A stretch of 64,000 nt of DNA from an uncultured Thalassolituus sp. (GCF_950066645.1 NZ_CATMFB010000010.1:95139-159138), one strand, 5' to 3'; positions 10,364-19,559 are shown, numbered from the stretch's first letter. Program-made: numbers and translations. Notes: generated by a model not told the origin, from the sequence alone.

Positions 10364-12217
10364 ATGTGGGAACAGTCTTTCAGGGATAAATCATTTGAGC
10401 GCCGTCTGTTCCGCGCCCGAGCCATTGTTGCCGCGATCATCGTCCTGATCGCACTGGGGGGCCTGACCTGGCGCATGGTCTACCTGCAGGTCGAGCTGCA
10501 CGAAAAATACAAAGACCTGTCAGACAATAACCGCGTACAGATTCGTCCGGTCGGCCCCAACCGCGGTCTTATCTATGATCGTAACGGCGTTCTGCTGGCA
10601 GAGAACATTCCCTATTACTCTCTGACCATAGTGCCGGAGCGCACCCGGGACCTCGAAGAGACGCTGCAGTTTCTCAATGATCTGGTCGGCGTCAGCGAGC
10701 GTGACCGCGAACAGTTTGAAAAGCGCCTGAGTTACCGCCGCCGTCCATTTGAGCCCGTGGTGCTCCGCCACAAACTCAGCGAAGAAGAAATCGCTGCAGT
10801 CGCAGTCAATCGTTATTACCTGCCCGGTGTCGACGTAGAAGCTCAGCTCGTACGTCACTACCCTCAGGGCAAAGCCTTCGCCCACGTCCTTGGGTACGTT
10901 GGCCGGATCAACCAGATGGATCAGGAAAAACTGGAGCAGGATGAAGAAAACAAACGACGCTACAGTGCAACCCAGTACATCGGAAAAACCGGCATTGAGC
11001 GGCGTTATGAACACCTGCTGCACGGCAACGTCGGCTATGAAAAAGTAGAAACGAATGCCCGTGGGCGTCTGCTGAGAACTCTGGAGCGTCAGAACCCGGA
11101 GCCAGGCACTGACCTGACTCTGCACCTCGACAGTCGCCTGCAGTTACTGGCCGCAGAGCTGATGGAAGGGCGTCGTGGCGCCGTCGTCGCCATCGAAGTG
11201 GAAACCGGCGGCATACTGGCTCACTTCAGCAATCCGTCGTTTGATCCTAACGCGTTCGTGACCGGCATTTCTTATGCTGACTACGGTCTGCTGAACAATG
11301 ACCCCGACAAGCCGCTGATTGACCGGGCGGGTTACGGCACCTATCCACCGGCTTCCACGCTGAAACCTTTTATTGGTCTCGCCGCCCTGCAGGCAGGCGC
11401 CACGTCCTGGAATTACCGCATCAAAGATCCCGGCTGGTACCAGCTGGAAAACGATGAACGCTTCTATCGTGACTGGAAACGCGAAGGTCATGGTACGGTC
11501 GATCTGGAAGCCGCCGTGGTTGAATCCTGCGATACCTATTTCTACGATATTGCTGTACGCACCGGGATCGACCGCCTGACCCCCTTTCTGGGCAAATTTG
11601 GGTTTGGCCGCGATATGTCACTTGATGTCATCACAGCCACCTCCGGACTGCTGCCAGACAAAGAATGGAAACGGGCTTACCGTCGCAGCGCCTGGTATCC
11701 GGGCGATACGGTCAACCTCGGGATTGGCCAGGGCTTTATGCTGGTCACGCCATTGCAGATGGCAACGGCCACCGCCGTATTAGCTAACCGCGGTAAGTGG
11801 CAGGTGCCTCACCTGTTACTGGCTGAAAACGATGAGCCCATTGCCATAGAGCATGGCCCCATTGACGATATTCAACTGAATGACGAACGCAACTGGGATC
11901 GCATGTTCACCGCCATGGAGCACGTTATTACAGGACGGCACGGTACAGCACGCAGCCTGCTGAAGAATCTGCGTTTCCCGATTGCTGGCAAAACCGGCAC
12001 CGCTCAGGTGGTCAGTATTCCCCAGGGGGAGAAATACGATTCCGAGGCCCTGAAAGAACGTCAGCGTGATCATGCCTGGTTCATGGGCTTCGGACCGGTC
12101 GAAAATCCTCAGATTGCGGTGGCTGTCCTGGTAGAAAATGGTGAGTCATCCGGGCGTACCGCTGCTCCGATTGCTCAGGCTCTTATCAACGAATATCTCG
12201 GAGGCGCAGAAGGCTGA
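10364..12217 (+). CDS. mrdA: Penicillin-binding protein 2
   Basis: N-terminal TM, RGLIYDRNG, PASTLK (SxxK), SCD (SxN variant), KTG. Confidence 0.96.
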   Translation: MWEQSFRDKSFERRLFRARAIVAAIIVLIALGGLTWRMVYLQVELHEKYKDLSDNNRVQIRPVGPNRGLIYDRNGVLLAENIPYYSLTIVPERTRDLEETLQFLNDLVGVSERDREQFEKRLSYRRRPFEPVVLRHKLSEEEIAAVAVNRYYLPGVDVEAQLVRHYPQGKAFAHVLGYVGRINQMDQEKLEQDEENKRRYSATQYIGKTGIERRYEHLLHGNVGYEKVETNARGRLLRTLERQNPEPGTDLTLHLDSRLQLLAAELMEGRRGAVVAIEVETGGILAHFSNPSFDPNAFVTGISYADYGLLNNDPDKPLIDRAGYGTYPPASTLKPFIGLAALQAGATSWNYRIKDPGWYQLENDERFYRDWKREGHGTVDLEAAVVESCDTYFYDIAVRTGIDRLTPFLGKFGFGRDMSLDVITATSGLLPDKEWKRAYRRSAWYPGDTVNLGIGQGFMLVTPLQMATATAVLANRGKWQVPHLLLAENDEPIAIEHGPIDDIQLNDERNWDRMFTAMEHVITGRHGTARSLLKNLRFPIAGKTGTAQVVSIPQGEKYDSEALKERQRDHAWFMGFGPVENPQIAVAVLVENGESSGRTAAPIAQALINEYLGGAEG

Positions 12218-13368
12218 TGGCCAGTACCGATTTCAGTCGCACCGTATCAACGCCTTCGCACCACTACAGTTTCAGTGGCAGTGATGCTTTTTTTGCGCGT
12301 ATCCATATTGATCTGATTCTGCTGCTGTTGATTCTGGCGCTGGCGGCCACGGGCCTGTTGATACTCTACAGCGGCAGCGGACAGGACTTCGGAATGGTAC
12401 GTCGTCAGGCCATTCACTTCGGGATCGGTATCGTTCTGCTGATCATTACCGCCCAGATTCCTCCACGTCTGTTTCAGCTGATCGCACCCTGGGCCTGGGG
12501 TACGGGTGTTCTGCTATTGATCGGGGTATTGCTGTTCGGGGTGGGCGCCAAAGGGGCGCAGCGCTGGCTGGACCTTCCAGGCGCCTTGCCGCGTTTTCAG
12601 CCATCAGAACTGGTGAAACTGGCACTGCCTCTGACCGTCGCCTGGTTTATGGCAAAACGGCCGGTCCCGCCGCGCTTTAAAGATCTGCTTCAGGCGATGA
12701 TCATTATCGTCGTGCCGACGGTTCTGATTCTCAAGCAGCCCGACCTGGGCACCTCCATTCTGATCAGCACATCGGGAATGCTGGTGCTGTTTTTTGCGGG
12801 TATGTCCTGGGCGCTGATCCTGTCGATGATCAGCATCGTTGCGGCGATGGCACCGGTGATGTGGTTTTTCGTTATGCACGATTATCAGAAACAACGGGTT
12901 CTGACCTTCCTGGACCCGGAATCTGACCCACTGGGCACCGGCTGGAACATTATTCAATCAAAAACTGCGATCGGTTCCGGAGGCATCCATGGCAAGGGCT
13001 ATCTCATGGGATCACAGTCTCAGCTGGAGTTTCTGCCTGAGAGCCACACCGATTTTATTATCGCGGTACTCGCTGAAGAAACCGGACTGATTGGTGTCTG
13101 TCTGCTGCTCACGCTTTATGCCCTGATTATTCTGCGCTGCCTTTATATTTCGTCCCGTTGTGAAACCCTGTTCGGACGTTTATTGTCAGGTAGTATGTCG
13201 ATTACATTCTTTATTTATGTTTTCGTGAACATCGGCATGGTCAGCGGTATTCTGCCCGTCGTCGGCGTTCCTCTTCCCCTGGTCAGCTATGGCGGGACCT
13301 CAGTGGTCAGCCTGCTGTTGGGCTTCGGACTTATTATGTCGATGTACACCCATCGACAGAGGAAATAA
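12217..13368 (+). CDS. rodA: Rod shape-determining SEDS glycosyltransferase RodA
   Basis: GAQRWL, FQPSELVK, QPDLGT, LPESHTDFI, PLPLVSYGG. Confidence 0.96.
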   Translation: MASTDFSRTVSTPSHHYSFSGSDAFFARIHIDLILLLLILALAATGLLILYSGSGQDFGMVRRQAIHFGIGIVLLIITAQIPPRLFQLIAPWAWGTGVLLLIGVLLFGVGAKGAQRWLDLPGALPRFQPSELVKLALPLTVAWFMAKRPVPPRFKDLLQAMIIIVVPTVLILKQPDLGTSILISTSGMLVLFFAGMSWALILSMISIVAAMAPVMWFFVMHDYQKQRVLTFLDPESDPLGTGWNIIQSKTAIGSGGIHGKGYLMGSQSQLEFLPESHTDFIIAVLAEETGLIGVCLLLTLYALIILRCLYISSRCETLFGRLLSGSMSITFFIYVFVNIGMVSGILPVVGVPLPLVSYGGTSVVSLLLGFGLIMSMYTHRQRK

Positions 13369-13380
13369 AAGGATAGTTTT

Positions 13381-14343
13381 ATGCGTTTTTCATTCCTTAC
13401 AGGCACCCTCCTCGCCAGCGTCATTTCGGTATCTCATGCTGGCTACGATACTCATCCCCGCTTTGCCGAGTTTGCTGCTGAAGTGGAAAAGGAATATCAG
13501 ATTCCAGCGGCAGAAGTGAAAAAATGGCTGAGTCAGGCTGAGCGCATGGATTCGGTTCTTGAAGCCATTCAACGCCCTGCTGAAGGGGTTCTTAACTGGG
13601 ACCGCTACCAGGATATATTTCTGACCCGCAAGCGGATCGAGGCTGGCAGAAATTTCCTTGAAACTCACAAGGACACGCTGGCCGATGCTGAGCAGAAATA
13701 CGGTGTGCCGAAGGAAATCATCGGGGCCATTATCGGTGTCGAAACCTTTTACGGAACCCGTCAGGGTGGCTACCGCGTACTCGATTCTCTGTCGACGCTG
13801 GCATTTGATTATCCGAAACGTCCACTGTTCTGGCGCGAACTGAAAGCCATGTTTGCACTGGCCGAAGCGGAAGGTGTCGACCCGGGCACGATCAAAGGCT
13901 CTTACGCCGGTGCCATGGGTTACGGACAGTTTATTCCGACCAGCTACCTGGCCTATGCCGTAGACGGCGATGGTGACGGAAAACGCGACCTCTGGGGAAA
14001 TCCTGTCGATGCGATTCACAGCGTAGCGAACTACTTCAGCGAACACGGCTGGCGTACCGGCGAGCCGGTCACGCAGCGGGTAACGGTCGCCGGGGATAAC
14101 TACCAGGCGCTGGTTAATACAGGGCGTAAGCCGGATTCTACCGTCGGCGCACTGACGTCTGCAGGTGTGACCCTGTCAGTACCGTCCGCAGCTGAACGAC
14201 CAGCCAACCTGATGATGCTCGAGGGCAAGCAAGGTGAAGAATACTGGTTGGGTGAATACAACTTCTACGTCATCACCCAGTACAACCACAGCAAGCTTTA
14301 CGCGATGGCAGTCTACCAGCTGAGTGAGGCTCTGACTCAGTGA
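13381..14343 (+). CDS. mltB: Lytic murein transglycosylase B (SltB1-like)
   Basis: IIGVETFYG, GSYAGAMGYGQFIPTSY, EF-hand DGDGDGKRD, YN.S..YAMAV. Confidence 0.95.
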   Translation: MRFSFLTGTLLASVISVSHAGYDTHPRFAEFAAEVEKEYQIPAAEVKKWLSQAERMDSVLEAIQRPAEGVLNWDRYQDIFLTRKRIEAGRNFLETHKDTLADAEQKYGVPKEIIGAIIGVETFYGTRQGGYRVLDSLSTLAFDYPKRPLFWRELKAMFALAEAEGVDPGTIKGSYAGAMGYGQFIPTSYLAYAVDGDGDGKRDLWGNPVDAIHSVANYFSEHGWRTGEPVTQRVTVAGDNYQALVNTGRKPDSTVGALTSAGVTLSVPSAAERPANLMMLEGKQGEEYWLGEYNFYVITQYNHSKLYAMAVYQLSEALTQ

Positions 14344-15116
14344 AATTTCTGATCTGTGCAGCGACCGCAGTATTTCTGCTCGGTGGCTGCAGCACGACCT
14401 CACGCTATCAGCACGCTGACGATTTCACTCCGGACGCAATCGCCGACCCAGGCAAGATTGTCGACGCGGTTCCTGTCTCTGAACCAAAGAGCCCTCTGGG
14501 TAATCCCAAACGCTATAAGGTCCGGGGCATCGAATATGAGGTCATGGACAACGCAGAAGGCTTCAGCGAAAACGGGATTGCCTCCTGGTATGGCATGAAG
14601 TTTCATGGGCACCGCACGTCCAATGGCGAGATATTTGATGTGTATCAGATGACCGCTGCCCATAAGCATCTGCCGCTTCCCAGTTACGTACGGGTCACCC
14701 GTCAGGACACAGGTGATTCTGTCGTCGTCAGAGTGAACGACCGCGGGCCATTCCACGAAGGCCGGGTGATCGATCTTTCATACGCAGCGGCCGTCAGACT
14801 GGGCATAGACAAAGCAGGAACGGCGCCCGTGCGGGTGGAAGTGATTGCCGCCCCACTGATGAATTCAGTCCACTGGTTGCAGATCGGTGCCGTCAGCACA
14901 CCGGAATCCGCGCAGACACTGAGCACACGAGTTCAGGAAGCAACCTCTCATAAATGGCCAGTGATGGTTGCGGAAAAGCGTTCGGGTGATCGTACGCTAC
15001 ACAGGGTACGTCTGGGCCCCGTAAAAGACACCGATCTGGAATCAGCCATCGCCTCTCTGAAAAATGCAGGTTTTGACTCGCCTTTGCGGCTGTCGCAGCA
15101 CCAGCTGGAAGACTGA
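14340..15116 (+). CDS. rlpA: Septal ring lytic transglycosylase RlpA lipoprotein with SPOR domain
   Basis: Lipobox LGGC, GIASWYG, TAAHK.LPLPSYVRVT, NDRGPF, C-terminal SPOR. Confidence 0.95.
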   Translation: MKFLICAATAVFLLGGCSTTSRYQHADDFTPDAIADPGKIVDAVPVSEPKSPLGNPKRYKVRGIEYEVMDNAEGFSENGIASWYGMKFHGHRTSNGEIFDVYQMTAAHKHLPLPSYVRVTRQDTGDSVVVRVNDRGPFHEGRVIDLSYAAAVRLGIDKAGTAPVRVEVIAAPLMNSVHWLQIGAVSTPESAQTLSTRVQEATSHKWPVMVAEKRSGDRTLHRVRLGPVKDTDLESAIASLKNAGFDSPLRLSQHQLED

Positions 15117-15134
15117 ACAGAAATCCCAGGCCCC

Positions 15135-15162
15135 AAAAAAGGCCATCAGAAAACCGATGGCC
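15135..15162 (-). terminator. Intrinsic terminator downstream of the ccoM-like gene
   Basis: Minus strand GGCCATC-loop-GATGGCC followed by TTTTTT. Confidence 0.7.
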
Positions 15163-15201
15163 AATCAGGTACTCTTCATACGGTTTAAAAGCAGTAGCGG
15201 G

Positions 15202-15321
15202 TTACTCACCAGTGCCATGCTTTTTAATATCATTTTTCACTGCGATGTAGACCCCTACGAAAAACGCACAGGTCAGTCCAACGATTGCCAGGCCAGAAAA
15301 TACCACTTCATCCATAAACAT
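15202..15321 (-). CDS. ccoM: Cytochrome c oxidase cbb3 accessory subunit CcoM-like small membrane protein (39 aa)
   Basis: MFMDEVVFSGLAIVGLTCAFFVGVYIAVKNDIKKHGTGE; GAGGTG RBS; single TM; pattern recalled from CcoM; below the ORF-track cutoff. Confidence 0.78.
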   Translation of the reverse strand: MFMDEVVFSGLAIVGLTCAFFVGVYIAVKNDIKKHGTGE

Positions 15322-15398
15322 AATCATCACCTCTTGATGTCAGATGCAGGGAGTACTGCGTTACTGATTTCAATGTAGCAAGGTGCTGCAGGATGAAA

Positions 15399-15412
15399 TT
15401 GATCTGTATCAA
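15399..15412 (-). promoter_or_regulatory. FNR/ANR box of the ccoM promoter
   Basis: Perfect TTGAT-CTGT-ATCAA; -10-like TACATT at 15377..15372 gives class II geometry (box centre about -41). Confidence 0.85.
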
Positions 15413-15440
15413 AAGAAAAACCGGGCAGAGCGAAGCCCGG
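15411..15440 (-). terminator. Intrinsic terminator of the GT4-hypothetical operon
   Basis: Minus strand CCGGGC-TTCGCTCT-GCCCGG followed by TTTTTCTTTT. Confidence 0.7.
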
Positions 15441-15558
15441 TCCCGGTCTTGATGTGCATCAACTTTGAAGGCAGGAAAGTCAGACTCTGCACTGCTGATG
15501 CGTTAACGAGCACTATTATTGATCACACTATCAATAATTGCACCAGCGTAAAGCACAA

Positions 15559-15873
15559 TCAGGCAGTGATCATCTGCCCCCGATAACGTCTTCCAGAATC
15601 CCCCCGAACTCTGTCAGCGTCGTCGATCAGTAATTCACAACCCCGGTATACCCGACGGGTTTCTTCAAACTGAGGCTGAACTGCAGGCTCCTGTGTTGGC
15701 AGAAAATCCTCCACAATCCCAAGCAATTCAGCGCTCACACCGCTCTGCACCAGTAGACGAAGGTCCTTTTCGAGTGTGGGCGAATCGAAGTGAATTTCAC
15801 AACCGGCTTCGTCCTTCGCCAGTTTTTTTATCTGTCGGAGCAAAGCAATACTGCGTCGATTGAACTCAACCAT
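15559..15873 (-). CDS. Hypothetical protein with two YRG motifs
   Basis: GGAGA RBS; 104 aa; RRVYRGC and RRYRGQ. Confidence 0.65.
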   Translation of the reverse strand: MVEFNRRSIALLRQIKKLAKDEAGCEIHFDSPTLEKDLRLLVQSGVSAELLGIVEDFLPTQEPAVQPQFEETRRVYRGCELLIDDADRVRGDSGRRYRGQMITA

Positions 15874-15893
15874 ATCTCCCCCTGATATAATTA

Positions 15894-17057
15894 TCAGTGG
15901 GAGTTCTGCAAGGCCTGTACCATATCGTCGTGATGTTGGCTGCGCATCAGAACCGCCGCAAAATTTTCAAAACGACTGGCCACAGATTCCCAGGACATTG
16001 TTTCAGCCTGAGCCCGGGCATCGAGTCCCATCAGCGTTGTATCCAGTCTGAGCGCTGCAACAAGGGCATGACTGAAGTCGCGACTCTCAAGCCCCCCTGC
16101 CAGTACACCATCCACGCCCTGTCGCACGCATTCTGCGGCTGCCGCTAATGGGTAAGCAACCACCGGAAGGCCACTGGCCATCGCCTCCAGTGTCACCAGA
16201 CCGAAGGTCTCTGTCTTGCTCGGCATCAGAAAAATATCGGCCGATGCAAAGCATTGCGACAGCGCCTCGCCGGTCTGAACGCCCATAAATATCGCATCAG
16301 GAAATTCGGTTTCCAGCACGTCACGCTGCGGCCCATCGCCCACCACAACCATACGGATCTTACGTCCCTGCCGGCGTAACTCATCGGCGGCTTCCATAGC
16401 GACACGAATATTTTTTTCGGCGGCCAGGCGACCAACGTACAGAGCCACCTGCTCCCCTGGCTGACACTGCCATTGCTGACGCAACTGCGCAGACCGGTGA
16501 GCAGGGTTAAAGGTATGGCAGTCCACCCCATGCGGAAGACAACTCACATTGGTAATACCTGCCTCCTGAAGCTCGCGCACCATCACCCGTGAGGGCACCA
16601 GTGTCATGGCTGTGCGATTATGAAAACGCCGCATCCAGGCCATGACTGTACTTTTAATCCAGCTCAGGCCGTAATAACCGCTGTAGTGATGAAAATTCGT
16701 ATGAAATGCGCTGACGACAGGAATCCCCATCGTCCGGGCAACAGCCACAGCAGACGCACCCATCAAGCCCTCGGTCGCCACATAAACAATATCGGGCCGG
16801 TCCTGCTCCCAGAACCTGCGGATTTTTCTGTACGCCGGGAGTCCCAGCTGAAGTTCAGGGTATTGAGGGATAGTCACCCCACGCAGACGCAGTTCGTGCC
16901 CCTGTGCCGGATACTCCGTGCGCGGGGTCGTGCGGACAAGACTGGTGCGGAACGCTTCAGGTGATAAATGAGAAATAAGGCGCTGCAGAGAGTTAGCAAC
17001 GCCATTAACTTCAGGTAGGTACGTTTCTGTTACAACGCACAGGTGCTGAACTGTCAT
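15894..17057 (-). CDS. GT4 glycosyltransferase (Agt-like, putative glycolipid synthase)
   Basis: VVTETYLPEVNGVA, FHTNFHHY, YVGRLAAEKN, ETFGLVTLEAMASGLP (EX7E). Confidence 0.88.
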   Translation of the reverse strand: MTVQHLCVVTETYLPEVNGVANSLQRLISHLSPEAFRTSLVRTTPRTEYPAQGHELRLRGVTIPQYPELQLGLPAYRKIRRFWEQDRPDIVYVATEGLMGASAVAVARTMGIPVVSAFHTNFHHYSGYYGLSWIKSTVMAWMRRFHNRTAMTLVPSRVMVRELQEAGITNVSCLPHGVDCHTFNPAHRSAQLRQQWQCQPGEQVALYVGRLAAEKNIRVAMEAADELRRQGRKIRMVVVGDGPQRDVLETEFPDAIFMGVQTGEALSQCFASADIFLMPSKTETFGLVTLEAMASGLPVVAYPLAAAAECVRQGVDGVLAGGLESRDFSHALVAALRLDTTLMGLDARAQAETMSWESVASRFENFAAVLMRSQHHDDMVQALQNSH

Positions 17058-17106
17058 AAATAATCCGACGGACTGCTTTGTTAAGCTGAAGTGTGCCGTG
17101 TTATCA

Positions 17107-17124
17107 ATGACAGTTTCATTAAGG
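17107..17124 (-). promoter_or_regulatory. Pho box-like site upstream of GT4
   Basis: Minus strand CCTTAAT-GAAA-CTGTCAT, half-sites 11 bp apart, about 50 bp before the ATG. Confidence 0.55.
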
Positions 17125-17153
17125 CACCCGCTTTTCCCGGGCGCCAGCCGACG

Positions 17154-17855
17154 TTATGCTTCTGCTTCTTCACCCAGTTTTGACAGGCGGTAACGCAGTT
17201 GGCGAGGGGTCAGACCCAGCACCTTCGCAGCCATCGTTTTATTGCCGTTGCACTTATCAATGGCAGCGTAAATATCACCCAGTTCGTCTTCCTGAACCCG
17301 CTGATATGGACGTGCATAAAGCGTTTTAAAATTCGGCACGACCTGAGTCGCGAGAATATTTGCGATCTGTGCACCGATAAAATGGATCAGAGTCACATCC
17401 ACGGATGCTGGTGTGCAACCACGCAGATCAAGAACCATCACCGCCAGTACTGACTGACGAAGAGTCAGTGGCACCAGCAGGCAGCGGGGAGCGCCTGTCA
17501 GCTTATCCAGCTGCGGATCAAAACGTTCCGGACGCTCGCTGTTTTCCTGAATGACCAGCCACTCACGGCTTTCAAACTGACGACACAGAGCGTGCTGCAC
17601 TGCGAAGCTGTAAACACCGTTGGTGATTCCGGTTGAACAGTACTGCGCCTTGAAGCGGCTTGGAGAATCGGGAATGGCAACAGAGATATTGCTCAGTCCG
17701 GTGAGCTCGGTCGCCAGAGTCAGCATCTGCTGAATGCAGTCTTCATCGTGGTAACGGGTTTCGAGAATGTGCGCCAGGCCATCCATCCAGGCAAATGGGG
17801 ATGAATCGCTGGAAGCGTTCTTACGGTAATCCTGAATATCTGCGATCTTGTACAT
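17154..17855 (-). CDS. GAF domain + Fis-type HTH regulator with no AAA+ domain
   Basis: GAF-like LLVPLTLRQSVLAVMVLD; C-terminal GNKTMAAKVLGLTPRQLRYRL; no GAFTGA or Walker A. Confidence 0.75.
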   Translation of the reverse strand: MYKIADIQDYRKNASSDSSPFAWMDGLAHILETRYHDEDCIQQMLTLATELTGLSNISVAIPDSPSRFKAQYCSTGITNGVYSFAVQHALCRQFESREWLVIQENSERPERFDPQLDKLTGAPRCLLVPLTLRQSVLAVMVLDLRGCTPASVDVTLIHFIGAQIANILATQVVPNFKTLYARPYQRVQEDELGDIYAAIDKCNGNKTMAAKVLGLTPRQLRYRLSKLGEEAEA

Positions 17856-18087
17856 AGGCTGCTCCTCCTGAATGCATATGCTGTCGCAAAACCCGTACCA
17901 GCTTTAAAAATAGTTTTAAATACCTCTGGTACAGCCCCGTCTGCCTCACCGACACACATGAACTCAAAGCTTTCGAAACAGCGGAAACAGGCTAACCCAT
18001 TGTCGATGAAAGCTTTTTTTCATCTATATGACAGTTTGCTTATTTTGCAGAGAATTTCGGTGGAAAATCAGACGGCTCAGTGGATCA

Positions 18088-18118
18088 TAAAAGTGCGCCC
18101 CATAACAAGGCACTTTTA
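18088..18118 (-). terminator. Probable terminator after the CBS gene
   Basis: TAAAAGTGC-N13-GCACTTTTA inverted repeat. Confidence 0.45.
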
Positions 18119-18161
18119 GAGAACGCAGCTCCCAAAGAGTGCAGGTATTACCTGACGGGCG

Positions 18162-18596
18162 TCAGGCAATTTCCGGGTCGTCGTCAGGCAGGTATTCTTT
18201 TTTCAACCAGCGGGAAAAACCGCGTACGGCATCCTGCGCGGTAAAAATGCCAGCCAGGCGGTCGCGCTTCATAATCAGAACGGCATCAAGATCATCATCA
18301 AGCATCCGATCCAGCACAACATCAGCGCGGGTGTGCAGGTCAAAACGCATCAGATCACGCTGACACATATCTCCTGCGGTCAGCTCACTGACGTCACTGA
18401 GGGCGTGACCGGGCTGACGGGCTAATTCCAGATCGGTTCTGGAAAGCAGTCCGACCACCTCATGATGATTCATCACAGGGAGGTGGTGACAATGGTGTTT
18501 TTCCATTTGTCTGGACGCATCCGCCAGGCTGGTTTCTTCATCAACATGCACAGGAAATGCAGTCATCAGTTCTGTCAGAGTAGGCATATGTCGCAT
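18162..18596 (-). CDS. CBS domain-containing protein
   Basis: Two CBS repeats (HLPVMNHHEVVGLLSRTDL; LAGIFTAQD); GAGGAG RBS. Confidence 0.88.
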   Translation of the reverse strand: MRHMPTLTELMTAFPVHVDEETSLADASRQMEKHHCHHLPVMNHHEVVGLLSRTDLELARQPGHALSDVSELTAGDMCQRDLMRFDLHTRADVVLDRMLDDDLDAVLIMKRDRLAGIFTAQDAVRGFSRWLKKEYLPDDDPEIA

Positions 18597-18605
18597 AACG
18601 ACTCC

Positions 18606-18863
18606 TCAGACGCCCATGCGCCCCAGTGTATCTATTAGCTGACGTAACGTAGCCGACAGCGCAGGGTGCTCCTGATCAAAGCGGATCGCCTGCTCCTGAA
18701 TCAGATCAGACAGATCGGACGTATCGTCTGCATCGATATCCAGTGAATCAATATCGCCGGCGATGCGGCTGAGCAGTTCGCGGCTTTCGTCGTCCAGTTC
18801 AGGGCCTGATGATAAGGCCTGATGAAGCTGTTCGAGTTGTGCTTTAAGCTGAGTATCTGGCAT
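18606..18863 (-). CDS. DUF4404 family protein
   Basis: LEQLHQAL...RFDQEHPALSATLRQLIDTLGRMGV. Confidence 0.8.
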   Translation of the reverse strand: MPDTQLKAQLEQLHQALSSGPELDDESRELLSRIAGDIDSLDIDADDTSDLSDLIQEQAIRFDQEHPALSATLRQLIDTLGRMGV

Positions 18864-18992
18864 ATCTCTCTCCTTAGCATCCCCTGTTGCAGAGGAACCA
18901 TAGTAAACAGTCAGAGTAAGAAAAAACGGGATCGTTTCACTCTCTGCGCCTGATCAGTCTAGCGCAGTGAGAGAAACGGTTACCAACACAGA

Positions 18993-19559
18993 TCAGTAAA
19001 GCGCGTGAAAACAGTAGCCCATGCCATGATTTCTGGCGAGAAGCTCCAGTCCGGGGTGCAGTGCGTTATCACCGATGTGCAGCAACGTCAGTGACGACAA
19101 CTCAAGGCCGACGAGCTGTGGCAGGCTCAGCAACAGGGTATGCATCATCATCGTATGGCTGCTTGAGAGTGGCAGCCAGGTGCGGTGGGTTCCGGCGAGA
19201 CTCCGCAGAAAATCGACCAGGCGGTCGACATTGGACTCTAACGGCTCTTTAGGGTTGATATAAAAAAGATGTAACGGCTGATCAGCCGCAGCTTTCTGCC
19301 GGTCGAGCACGTGCCAGGCAAACGGCATTGCCTCGGCAATCAGTTCCTGCAACTGAGGGGTATACCCTACCAGTCCGGAGCGGCCTGACTGCGCCGGGAG
19401 GTTGGTCAGAAACACCTGCTTACCGGATTGTCCGGTCAGGGCGACAGGTACCAGGTGTCCGGTACTCAGGGAATACTCTTGGTCGAGATCGACTGCGGCC
19501 ATCATTCTGTCCCTCGGTTCGGGAATTGAACGCCCCATCCTTAAGCGGCGTCGCTTCAT
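18993..19559 (-). CDS. Hypothetical protein
   Basis: Long ORF; likely ATG 19559 (MKRRRL); no recognised motif. Confidence 0.55.
   Translation of the reverse strand: MKRRRLRMGRSIPEPRDRMMAAVDLDQEYSLSTGHLVPVALTGQSGKQVFLTNLPAQSGRSGLVGYTPQLQELIAEAMPFAWHVLDRQKAAADQPLHLFYINPKEPLESNVDRLVDFLRSLAGTHRTWLPLSSSHTMMMHTLLLSLPQLVGLELSSLTLLHIGDNALHPGLELLARNHGMGYCFHALY

Noticed and set aside
17051-17060. Plus-strand CTGTCATAAA Pho half-box
   Set aside because: It is the reverse complement of the GT4 start codons (ATGACAG), with no phased partner
17084-17098. Sigma54 promoter upstream of the first GT4 (CGGCACACTTCAGC)
   Set aside because: Only 9 nt between GG and GC; 10 are required
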